The notes under the pieces: model-generated
Told to the model about the DNA's origin: nothing
Seen by the model: only the letters and a program-made list of their open reading frames with translations
Database searches by the model: none
Translations under genes and position numbers: made by a program
Assembly (NCBI GenBank): GCA_964408775.1
Contig: CAYPAP010000001.1
Span: 353,839 to 417,838, forward strand
Direction: 5' to 3'
Origin: an uncultured Gammaproteobacteria bacterium
GTDB lineage: Bacteria; Patescibacteriota; Patescibacteriia; Patescibacteriales; UBA12465
Length of the DNA: 64,000 bases
Shown: positions 47,242 to 56,610 of the stretch, one piece after another
How positions within the stretch are numbered: position 1 is the first letter of the stretch
Layout of the letters: each line of letters begins with the position of its first letter

Positions 47242-50200
47242 ATGCCTATTACAAAAACTAATACTAAAAAAAGTGATCGTAAATATTTCAGCAATTTTAT
47301 TGAGGCGATGCCCGTGCCGGACCTTATTAAATTACAGAAAGATTCTTATAGTTGGTTTTTAAAAGAAGGCTTGGCTGAATTGTTTGACGAAATCTCTCCT
47401 ATAGTTGATTTTAATAATCGAGAATTAGAGCTTTATTTCGGCGAATATTATTTAGATAAGCCTAAGTTTGATGAGGTAGAGAGCCGTGAAAAAAATATTA
47501 CCTATGAAGCACCGTTAAGGATTAAGGCCACCTTAAAAAATAAAAGAACATCTCAAGAGGTTTCGCAGGAGGTTTATCTAGGAGATTTCCCTTTAATGAC
47601 AGATAATGGAACCTTTATTGTTAATGGTATCGAAAGGGTTGTTATTTCTCAGTTGATCAGAAGTGCTGGAGTAATGTTTACTTCTGAATATATTAGAGGA
47701 AAAAAATATTACGGAGCAAAGATTATCCCAAATCGCGGAGCTTGGTTAGAAATAGAAACCGATGTTAATAAGGTGATGTGGGTGAGAATAGACAGAAAGA
47801 GAAAAGTCGCAGTAACTTCGTTGCTTAGAGCTTTTGGTCACGAGAGTGATGAGGAGTTAGTAAAATTATTTAAAGATGTTGATTTGGTTAAAAGCGAAGA
47901 AGAGGTTGGTTATATTGAAGCTACTATTAAAAAAGATTTGGCTAAGAATCAAGCTGAAGGATTGCAAGAGGTTTATAGAAGAATTAGACCAGGTGATATG
48001 GCCGACGACAAAAACGTTAAGCAGATGATTGAAAATATGTTTTTTCGTTTTGATAGATACGACTTTGGTAGAGTGGGAAGATATAAATTGAATAGAAGAT
48101 TTAGCGAAAATCTTCCAATCAACAAAGAGACCAGAATATTGCGCCCTGAAGATTTAGTAAATATTGTCAAAGAGGTTATTAGATTGAATATTACTAAGGA
48201 GCTAGAAGATGATATTGATCACTTAGGAAATCGTCGAGTTAGAGCCATTGGAGGATTGGTACAAAATAGATTGAGAGTAGGTTTGGCTCGTATGGAAAGA
48301 ATTATTAAAGATAAAATGAGTGTGGCCGATATTAATACCTTAGCACCCAACAAACTTATAAATTCTCGTCCGGTTATTGCCATTGTTAGAGAATTCTTCA
48401 TGTCTTCTCAGCTTTCACAGTTCATGGATCAGACTAATCCGTTGGCCGAGCTAGAACATAAGCGAAGATTATCAGCTATGGGTCCTGGTGGTTTAACTAG
48501 AGAAAGAGCTGGCTTTGATGTTCGTGATGTGCACACAACTCACTACGGAAGAATTTGTCCTATTGCTACACCAGAGGGACCAAACATTGGTTTAGTTGGT
48601 CATTTATCTAGTTATGCTCGTTTAAATAGTTATGGGTTTTTAGAAGCCCCCTATAGAAAGGTTATAAAAGAAAAAGGAAAAAATGTAGTGAGCGATGAGG
48701 TTGTCTATTTAGATGCCTTTGAAGAAGAAAAATATGTTGTAGCCGATGCTACCATTCCTTTGGATAATAATAAGAAGTTTTTAGTAGAAAAATACCCAGC
48801 TCGACGTGGAGGAAAACCAGAGACAGTCGATGTTGACGAAATTGATTTTGTCGGAGTAGCGTCTAATCAAATTATCTCTATTGCCACATCCCTTATTCCT
48901 TTTATGGAACACAACGATGGACAGAGATCTTTGATGGGAACAAACATGCAACGTCAGGCTGTTCCTCTTGTTAAAACCGAGTCCCCAATTGTTGGGACTG
49001 GCATGGAAGTTATTGCTGCTAGAGATTCAGGGCACGTGATAATTGCTGAAGAGGAGGGCTTGGTTACCAAGGCCGATGCTCTAACTATAGAAATAACCAA
49101 CAGTAAAGGTAAGACTAAAAAATATAGTTTAACAAAGTTTTTAAGATCAAACTTTTTAACTTGTATAAATCAAAAACCAATTGTTAATTTGGGAGACAAA
49201 GTCAAAAAAGGACAAGTTTTAACCGATGGTCCAGCTATCGCCAATGGCGAGTTAGCTTTAGGCAAAAATGTGTTAGTAGCTTTTATGACCTGGGAGGGTT
49301 ATAACTATGAAGACGCGGTTATTATTTCAGAGAGATTGGTTAAAGAAGATGTATACTCTTCTATTCAGATTGAAAATTATACTATTGATGTTCGTGATAC
49401 TAAGTTAGGACCAGAGGTTATCACTAACGATATTCCAAATATTTCAGAAGAAAAACTAAAAAATTTAGATGAGGACGGAATCATCAGAATTGGAGCCGAA
49501 ATTTCTAGCGGTGATATTTTGGTTGGAAAAATTACTCCTAAGGGAGAAACTAAATTAAGTGCTGAAGAAAGATTATTAAGAGCTATTTTTGGTGACAAGG
49601 CAAAAGACGTTAGAGATTCATCTTTATATTTAGAGCACGGAGAACATGGTAAAGTAATTGATATTAAAATATTTTCTCGAGAAGATGGTGATAGATTAGA
49701 GGCAGGAGTTTTGAAGTCAGTCCAGGTGTCTGTGGCCAACCTAAGAAAAATTCAGGTTGGAGACAAAATGTCTGGTCGTCATGGTAATAAAGGAGTTATT
49801 TCTAAAGTTGTTCCGGTTGAGGATATGCCTTATATGGAGGATGGTACACCAATTGACGTTATTTTATCACCTTTAGGAATTATTTCTCGTATGAACTTCG
49901 GTCAATTATTAGAAACTCATATGGGCCTAGCTGCTCAAAAATTAGGTTATAAAGTAGCGACCCCAGCTTTAAATGGAATTACCGAGGACCATATCAGGGA
50001 GGAATTAAAAAAGGCAGGATTTTCTGAAGACGGTAAGGTTTCTTTGTATGACGGAAAGACTGGAGAAAAATATAGAAATAAGGTCACAGTCGGTTATAAA
50101 TATGTTCTAAAATTAAACCACATGGTTGAAGATAAAATTCACCAAAGATCTATTGGTCCTTACTCTTTAATTACTCAGCAGCCTTTAGGTGGAAAAGCTC

Positions 50201-50568
50201 AATTTGGTGGACAAAGATTTGGAGAAATGGAAGTTTGGGCTTTAGAGGGTTATGGAGCCGCTCATACTTTACAGGAGGTTTTAACCATTAAATCTGATGA
50301 TGTTCCGGGAAGAAGCAAGGCTTATGAGTCTATCATTAAAGGAGAAGAAATCCAGAAATTAAATGTTCCTGAATCCTTTAATGTTTTAATTAGAGAGTTG
50401 AAAGGTCTAGGTCTAAATGTTGACTTGTTGGGAGGTAAGGAGGATGTCTCAGACGATGAGGAGATTGAGGCTGAGGTAGAAGAAGTTAAAAAACCCGAAG
50501 AAATTGAAAAAATAAATCAGGCAGATAAAACTATTTATGACGACAGCTTGCCGATAAAAGAGGATTAA
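47242..50568 (+). CDS. rpoB: DNA-directed RNA polymerase subunit beta
   Basis: Conserved throughout. I prefer the ATG at 47242 (MPITKTN...PDLIKLQKDSYSWFL) to the ORF-track TTG at 47149, whose extra 31 aa are low-complexity and unlike RpoB. Confidence 0.95.
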   Translation: MPITKTNTKKSDRKYFSNFIEAMPVPDLIKLQKDSYSWFLKEGLAELFDEISPIVDFNNRELELYFGEYYLDKPKFDEVESREKNITYEAPLRIKATLKNKRTSQEVSQEVYLGDFPLMTDNGTFIVNGIERVVISQLIRSAGVMFTSEYIRGKKYYGAKIIPNRGAWLEIETDVNKVMWVRIDRKRKVAVTSLLRAFGHESDEELVKLFKDVDLVKSEEEVGYIEATIKKDLAKNQAEGLQEVYRRIRPGDMADDKNVKQMIENMFFRFDRYDFGRVGRYKLNRRFSENLPINKETRILRPEDLVNIVKEVIRLNITKELEDDIDHLGNRRVRAIGGLVQNRLRVGLARMERIIKDKMSVADINTLAPNKLINSRPVIAIVREFFMSSQLSQFMDQTNPLAELEHKRRLSAMGPGGLTRERAGFDVRDVHTTHYGRICPIATPEGPNIGLVGHLSSYARLNSYGFLEAPYRKVIKEKGKNVVSDEVVYLDAFEEEKYVVADATIPLDNNKKFLVEKYPARRGGKPETVDVDEIDFVGVASNQIISIATSLIPFMEHNDGQRSLMGTNMQRQAVPLVKTESPIVGTGMEVIAARDSGHVIIAEEEGLVTKADALTIEITNSKGKTKKYSLTKFLRSNFLTCINQKPIVNLGDKVKKGQVLTDGPAIANGELALGKNVLVAFMTWEGYNYEDAVIISERLVKEDVYSSIQIENYTIDVRDTKLGPEVITNDIPNISEEKLKNLDEDGIIRIGAEISSGDILVGKITPKGETKLSAEERLLRAIFGDKAKDVRDSSLYLEHGEHGKVIDIKIFSREDGDRLEAGVLKSVQVSVANLRKIQVGDKMSGRHGNKGVISKVVPVEDMPYMEDGTPIDVILSPLGIISRMNFGQLLETHMGLAAQKLGYKVATPALNGITEDHIREELKKAGFSEDGKVSLYDGKTGEKYRNKVTVGYKYVLKLNHMVEDKIHQRSIGPYSLITQQPLGGKAQFGGQRFGEMEVWALEGYGAAHTLQEVLTIKSDDVPGRSKAYESIIKGEEIQKLNVPESFNVLIRELKGLGLNVDLLGGKEDVSDDEEIEAEVEEVKKPEEIEKINQADKTIYDDSLPIKED

Positions 50569-50608
50569 AACAATTAAATTAATTAAATTAATTAAATATA
50601 AAAAATAT

Positions 50609-53600
50609 ATGCTAAATCCTATAAAAACAAGCGACTTTGACGCTATTAAGCTAACACTGGCCTCTCCTTCCGATATCTTATCTTGGTCCAATGGAGAGGT
50701 TGTGAGACCAGAAACCATTAACTACAGAACTCAAAAACCAGAAAAGGACGGGCTTTTTTGTGAGAAAATTTTTGGGCCAGTTAAAGACTGGGAATGTTCT
50801 TGCGGTAAGTATAAAAAAATCAGGTACAAAGGCATTGTTTGCGATAAGTGCGGAGTAGAAATTACTAGAAGTATAGTTCGTCGAGAAAGAATGGGCCATA
50901 TCAAGCTACAGGTCCCCTGTTCTCATATTTGGTTTTTGAAAGGACTATCTTCTAAAATCGGATTATTACTAAATCTTAGCATTCAGTCTCTAGAAAAAGT
51001 AATTTACTTTGCCAATTTTGTAGTTACTGATGTTGATGAAAAGCTAAAAAATGAAACCCTGGAAATTATTAAAAAGGAATACAAGAGCAAGAGAAAAAGT
51101 ATTGAATCAGAAGGTCAGAAAAAAATAGAAGAAATTAAAACTGAAAAAGCAGAGTTAAAAAAAGAGGGAGGCAAGGACGATGTTGATAAAATTATTAATG
51201 AAAAAATAGATACCGCAAATAAGGAAAAGGAAGAAAAAATAGCTAAGCTAGACGCTGACTTTGATGTAGTTAAGAAAGAATTAAAAGATTTAAAACCTTT
51301 ATTAATTTTGTCTGAACAAGAGTATCAAAATTTGAGTTTAAAATTTGGTCATTTATTCGAAGCTGGGATCGGAGCAATCGCTATTCAGAATCTTTTAAAA
51401 AGAATAAATTTAGAAAAAACCATTGTTAAGCTAGAAGAAAAATTGGAAACTGTTATTGAGACCAAAAAAGACAAGATTATTAAAAGATTAAAGTTGTTGA
51501 AAAATTTAAAGAAGAATAATATTAGGCCAGAATGGATGATATTAGACGTCGTTCCAGTTATTCCTCCAGACTTAAGGCCTATGGTTGCCTTAGATGGAGG
51601 ACGTTTTGCTTCGTCTGATTTGAACGATCTTTATCGTCGAGTTATTAATCGTAATAATCGCTTAAGACAGTTAATAGAGTTAAATGCTCCCGAAGTTATT
51701 TGTCGCAATGAAAAAAGAATGTTGCAAGAAGCGGTTGACTCTTTAATAGATAATTCAGCCCGAAACAGTAAAATGGTGGTTGCCTCTACTGGGCAAAAAA
51801 GACAATTAAAATCCTTAGCAGATTCTTTAAAGGGAAAGCAAGGTCGTTTCCGTCAAAACTTACTTGGTAAGAGAGTAGATTATTCTGGTCGTAGCGTAAT
51901 TGTGGTTAACCCTAAGTTAAATTTAGATCAATGTGGTTTACCTAAAATTATGGCGCTAGAATTATTTAAACCTTTTATTATTGCCGAGTTGATCAAAAGA
52001 GAAACAGTACATAATGTTAGAAGCGCTTCTCGTTATATTGAGGCTGGGCATGATGAGGTTTGGGATATTTTGCAAGTAATAGTTGATAATGCCTATGTAC
52101 TTTTAAATCGCGCTCCCACCTTACATCGCTTGGGAATTCAGGCCTTTAAACCAGTGTTAATAGAGGGTAAGGCTATCCATATCCATCCCTTAGTCTGTAC
52201 TGCTTTTAATGCTGACTTCGATGGAGACCAAATGGCCGTTCATGTTCCTTTAACCAAGGAGGCTGTGGCTGAGGCTCGTGATATTATGCTTTCTTCTCAT
52301 AATCTATTAAAACCAGCAACAGGAGAGCCAATAGTAGCGCCTAATCAGGATATTGTTTGGGGAGCTTATTATATTACTTTGCAAAACGACTCTGATTTAA
52401 AAGACGAGGAGTTAAAACATTTCTCTGATTATTCGGAGGCATTACTGGCCTTTGAAAATGACTTAATTGAGTTACATGAGGTTATTAGAATTAGAATCGG
52501 GAAAGAGCTTTTAAGAACAACTATCGGAAGAGTTATTTTCAATAGAGTTGTTCCAAGTAAGCTTGGATTTATAAATGATATTTTAGGTAAGAGTAAAATA
52601 AAAAATATAATTAAAGACTGTTTAAACACTTATGGCGAAGATAGAACCGTTAAATTCATAGATGATCTAAAAAATCTTAGTTTTGAATTTATTACTAAAA
52701 GTGGTTTGTCTTGGGGTTTTGGAGATTTGCCGGAGTTACCAGAAAAAGATAAGTTGATTGAAGACGCTAACGACCAGGTAGATCAAATAAAAGAACAGTT
52801 TGAAGAGGGTCTTTTAACTGATAGTGAGAGATATAGTAAAGTTATTGAAACCTGGACTACAACCAAAGAAAAAATTGCTGATATTTGTAAAGAGAGTTTA
52901 AAAAATTCTTTACCAGTTTATTCTATGATTGATTCTGGTGCTAGAGGTTCTTGGGCTCAGCCAGTTCAAATTATTGGTATGAAAGGTTTAGTAACTTCTC
53001 CTTCTGGCGCAATTATTGAATTGCCTATCAAGGGTAATTTGAAAAAAGGGTTCTCTGTTTTGGAGTACTTTATCGCTACTCATGCTACCAGAAAAGGTTT
53101 ATCCGATACAGCTCTCCGTACCGCTGGAGCTGGATACTTAACTAGAAGATTGGTTGACGTAGCACAGGATGTTATTATAACAGAGGACGATTGTAAGGAT
53201 AAGGAGGGATTATTAATCACTAGAGAAGAAGTTGAAAAAGAGAATGATGATTTCTTTAGAAAAATTACTGGAAGATATTTAGCGCAGGACCTAGTTGATA
53301 AGAAAGGTAAGGTTCTGCTAGAAAAGGGCGGTCTTTTAACCGAAGGTTTCATTAAAAAAGTTAAAGATAAGGACGTAGATTCGGTTGTTATTAGGTCGGT
53401 TCTTAGCTGTAAATTACATAAAGGTGTTTGCGCTAAATGTTATGGAATTGATTTAGCCTATAATAATGAAGTTAAATTAGGAACAACCGTTGGGATTATC
53501 GCTGCCCAGTCTATTGGTGAACCTGGAACTCAGCTTACCATGAGAACCTTCCATACTGGAGGAGTAGCTAGTTCTGAAGATATTACTCAGGGTCTTCCTA

Positions 53601-54556
53601 GGGTAGAAGAGATTTTTGAAAATAGAAGCCCTAAGAAAAAAGCCTTAATGTCTGAAGTTGATGGTAAAATAAAAATTGAGTTAGGCCAAAAAATTATCAA
53701 GGATAAAGATGGCAAAGATATTTTTGTTAGCAACCCACAAGAGAAACTCTTAAAAATAATCCACAGAGGGGAATCTCTTGATAAGTATTATTTTAGAGAG
53801 ACGGTAAATGAGATAAAATTATCAGGGAAGAAATTTCCTAAAAAAGAATTAGAGCCAAAGATAAAAGTTAAGGATGGTGATAATGTTTCTAAAGGAACAG
53901 AGTTATATTCTATTTTAGATAAAAGTGTTAAGGCAAGTGTTCCGGGGATTGTTAAAATTAATGATAAATCAATTGATGTCGCCACTGAAATAGAAAAGAC
54001 TCAAGAGTTTACTATTCCTAAGGGGGTTATGATTTGGGTTAAAGATGGCGATATTGTTAAACCAGGAGATCGGTTAACCGAGGGAAGCTTTGATTTAAAA
54101 GAGCTGTATAGACTGAGAGGTCGCTTAGAAACTCAAAAATATATTATTAGAGAAATTCAATATGTTTATTCTTCGCAGGGACAACCTTTAAGTGATAAGC
54201 ATATCGAAATCATTGCTCGGCAGATGTTCTCTCGTTATTTAATCTCTGCTTCAGGAGAAACAGATTTATTGCCTGGTGAAACAATTGAAGAGGAAGTTCT
54301 AGAGCAGGCTAATAAAGAAACCAAATCTAAGGCTAAATCTGAAAGATTGTTATTAGGTATAACCAAGACATCTTTAACTACTGATAGCTTTTTATCAGCC
54401 GCCTCCTTCCAAGAAACTCCAAGAGTATTGATTGACGCTGCTTTAAGTGGAAAAATTGATTATCTAGAGGGGTTAAAGGAAAATGTTATTATTGGATGTT
54501 TGATTCCAGCTGGAACTGGTTATAAGGGTAAGAAGAAGAGGGAAATATATAAGTAG
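50609..54556 (+). CDS. rpoC: DNA-directed RNA polymerase subunit beta'
   Basis: Zn motif CSCGKYKKIRYKGIVCDKCG and catalytic NADFDGDQMAVH. Confidence 0.97.
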   Translation: MLNPIKTSDFDAIKLTLASPSDILSWSNGEVVRPETINYRTQKPEKDGLFCEKIFGPVKDWECSCGKYKKIRYKGIVCDKCGVEITRSIVRRERMGHIKLQVPCSHIWFLKGLSSKIGLLLNLSIQSLEKVIYFANFVVTDVDEKLKNETLEIIKKEYKSKRKSIESEGQKKIEEIKTEKAELKKEGGKDDVDKIINEKIDTANKEKEEKIAKLDADFDVVKKELKDLKPLLILSEQEYQNLSLKFGHLFEAGIGAIAIQNLLKRINLEKTIVKLEEKLETVIETKKDKIIKRLKLLKNLKKNNIRPEWMILDVVPVIPPDLRPMVALDGGRFASSDLNDLYRRVINRNNRLRQLIELNAPEVICRNEKRMLQEAVDSLIDNSARNSKMVVASTGQKRQLKSLADSLKGKQGRFRQNLLGKRVDYSGRSVIVVNPKLNLDQCGLPKIMALELFKPFIIAELIKRETVHNVRSASRYIEAGHDEVWDILQVIVDNAYVLLNRAPTLHRLGIQAFKPVLIEGKAIHIHPLVCTAFNADFDGDQMAVHVPLTKEAVAEARDIMLSSHNLLKPATGEPIVAPNQDIVWGAYYITLQNDSDLKDEELKHFSDYSEALLAFENDLIELHEVIRIRIGKELLRTTIGRVIFNRVVPSKLGFINDILGKSKIKNIIKDCLNTYGEDRTVKFIDDLKNLSFEFITKSGLSWGFGDLPELPEKDKLIEDANDQVDQIKEQFEEGLLTDSERYSKVIETWTTTKEKIADICKESLKNSLPVYSMIDSGARGSWAQPVQIIGMKGLVTSPSGAIIELPIKGNLKKGFSVLEYFIATHATRKGLSDTALRTAGAGYLTRRLVDVAQDVIITEDDCKDKEGLLITREEVEKENDDFFRKITGRYLAQDLVDKKGKVLLEKGGLLTEGFIKKVKDKDVDSVVIRSVLSCKLHKGVCAKCYGIDLAYNNEVKLGTTVGIIAAQSIGEPGTQLTMRTFHTGGVASSEDITQGLPRVEEIFENRSPKKKALMSEVDGKIKIELGQKIIKDKDGKDIFVSNPQEKLLKIIHRGESLDKYYFRETVNEIKLSGKKFPKKELEPKIKVKDGDNVSKGTELYSILDKSVKASVPGIVKINDKSIDVATEIEKTQEFTIPKGVMIWVKDGDIVKPGDRLTEGSFDLKELYRLRGRLETQKYIIREIQYVYSSQGQPLSDKHIEIIARQMFSRYLISASGETDLLPGETIEEEVLEQANKETKSKAKSERLLLGITKTSLTTDSFLSAASFQETPRVLIDAALSGKIDYLEGLKENVIIGCLIPAGTGYKGKKKREIYK

Positions 54557-54677
54557 GATCATTAAGATCATTAAGATTTTTACGTGCCACGTGCTACGTA
54601 TAGCCTTGCGGCACGTGGTTCAACTCGATTTATGCGAAGCATAACAAGAGTTTTTACGTGGGAATATTTAGTATTAT

Positions 54678-55214
54678 ATGAAAATTATTGTTGGACTAGG
54701 AAATCCTGGTGAAAAATATCAAAAAACTCGGCATAATGTTGGTTTTATGTTTTTAGATTTTTTAGCCGGAGAAAGAGCTGATTGGAAAATAGAAAAAAAG
54801 TTTAATGCCTTTATATTAGAGCAGGGAGAAAGAACTCTTATTAAACCTCAAACATTCATGAATAATTCTGGCATGACAGTTAGAGCCTTTATGGATTACT
54901 ACAAGATGCTACCCAAAAAATTAGGTCTATTTGCTAAAAAGGACATTGATTTAAGCGGGACATTGACCATTATTCATGACGATTTAGATATTGATTTTGG
55001 TAATTTCAAACAATCCATAAATGCTGGTAGCGCCGGTCATAATGGTGTAGAGTCAATTATTAAGCATCTAAAAACTAAAAACTTTAAAAGAATTCGTTTA
55101 GGGATTAAAAATGAATTTAAGAATAATGTTCCCGGAGAAAAGTTTGTTTTACAGACTTTTTCTAGAGATGAGTTGGATAATTTGGAAAATATTTTTCGAA
55201 AAATTGAAATATAA
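54678..55214 (+). CDS. pth: Peptidyl-tRNA hydrolase
   Basis: IVGLGNPGEKYQKTRHNVGF N-terminal signature and GHNGVESI. Confidence 0.9.
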   Translation: MKIIVGLGNPGEKYQKTRHNVGFMFLDFLAGERADWKIEKKFNAFILEQGERTLIKPQTFMNNSGMTVRAFMDYYKMLPKKLGLFAKKDIDLSGTLTIIHDDLDIDFGNFKQSINAGSAGHNGVESIIKHLKTKNFKRIRLGIKNEFKNNVPGEKFVLQTFSRDELDNLENIFRKIEI

Positions 55215-55253
55215 TCTTATAATATTTATTTCTTAATCTCAAGCAACAAAAAA

Positions 55254-55281
55254 AGAGAATCGCAAATTCTCTTTTTTTTGT
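55254..55281 (+). terminator. Rho-independent terminator after pth
   Basis: Stem AGAGAAT / ATTCTCT with loop CGCAA, followed by T8. Confidence 0.75.
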
Positions 55282-55416
55282 TTTCAAGGGAAGTTTAGTA
55301 TAGTAAAACCTAATAAAATGGCTGTTTTTATTGAATAAATCTTGTTTTTTAACATTTTATCTCTTATTTATGATTAGTTTAATTTTTTTTAATTAAGTAA
55401 TTAATATAATTTTTGA

Positions 55417-56517
55417 ATGAATCAAAATGAAGACAAAATGTTTTTTGTAGCCTTTAATTATTTGATTAATTTTACCTTGGAGCGCTATAAGAGATTAATT
55501 AAAAAATTTAGTACTCTAGAAAAAGCTTTTTATGCTAATTCCAGAGATTTACTAGAGGCTGGCTTAAAAAGAGAGGTGGTCTTTGATTTTATTGTAGCTA
55601 GGAAAAGTTTTAATTTTGAGCAGACTTTTAAAAAAATAGAAACTGAAAATATTAATATTTGTCTTTGGGGTGATGTTGATTATCCAGAATTATTAGCTAA
55701 TATTTATAGTCCTCCGCCCATTTTTTATTATCGAGGTAGTTTGGACATTAATTGGAATAGTTCTTTATCAGTAGTGGGTTCAAGAAAATTTACACCATAT
55801 GGGGAGAGGATTGTCAGGGAATTTGTTTCAGTTTTACCTCAGGTTGGTATTAGTATTATTAGTGGTCTGGCTATTGGTATTGATTCGTTGTCCCATCAAG
55901 AATCTTTAGAAAATAATGGCAAAACTATTGCGGTTTTGGGCTCGGGTTTGGATTATTGTAGTATTTATCCGCGTAGTAATAGGGTCTTAGCTCAAGAAAT
56001 TATTGAAAAGAGCGGGCTGGTTTTATCAGAATTTCCTCTAGGGACTGAGCCAATATCATTTAACTTTCCTAAAAGAAATAGAATTATAGCTGGACTTTCT
56101 CGGGCCACTTTGGTGGTGGAGGCCAGTAAGAAGTCGGGCTCTCTTATAACGGCGAAATATGCCTTAGATGAAGGGCGAGAGGTTTTTACCTTCCCCGGCA
56201 GTATTTATGACGACAACTTTTCTGGTAATAATAACTTAATAAAAAGCGGGGCGGGCGTTATTTTGTTTCCGGAAGAAATATTAGATTTTTTTAATATTTT
56301 ACCCCTTCCCGGCAATAGACCAAGTAAGGTTGTTTATAAGGGTGAGAACGAATTAGAGGAGAAGGTTTTGGGTATTTTAGGGGAAAATACTAGCCATATT
56401 GATGAATTGCTTCAAATTTTACCCTTTAATATTAAGGAAATTAGCTCAGTTTTGGCGGTTTTAGAGATTAAGGGGGTTATTGTTGATATTGGAGGGAAAA
56501 ACTATAAAATAGCTTAA
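55417..56517 (+). CDS. dprA: DNA processing protein DprA (Smf)
   Basis: Rossmann-like core SVVGSRKFTPYG...ISGLAIGIDSLSHQ..GKTIAVLGSGLD and a C-terminal winged helix. dprA-topA is a common gene pair. Confidence 0.85.
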   Translation: MNQNEDKMFFVAFNYLINFTLERYKRLIKKFSTLEKAFYANSRDLLEAGLKREVVFDFIVARKSFNFEQTFKKIETENINICLWGDVDYPELLANIYSPPPIFYYRGSLDINWNSSLSVVGSRKFTPYGERIVREFVSVLPQVGISIISGLAIGIDSLSHQESLENNGKTIAVLGSGLDYCSIYPRSNRVLAQEIIEKSGLVLSEFPLGTEPISFNFPKRNRIIAGLSRATLVVEASKKSGSLITAKYALDEGREVFTFPGSIYDDNFSGNNNLIKSGAGVILFPEEILDFFNILPLPGNRPSKVVYKGENELEEKVLGILGENTSHIDELLQILPFNIKEISSVLAVLEIKGVIVDIGGKNYKIA

Positions 56518-56610
56518 TTTGTGTTTTTTTGGTTTTAATATTATAATTGTTTTATAAAAAGTAAAAACATTGATTATATTGATAATATTGTAATTAATAA
56601 TAAATAAACT

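Noticed and set aside
54563-54580. The tandem GATCATTAA-GATCATTAA after rpoC, considered as a CRISPR-like or microsatellite array.
   Set aside because: There are only two 9-bp units with no spacers. No CRISPR-like repeat-spacer periodicity occurs anywhere in the window.
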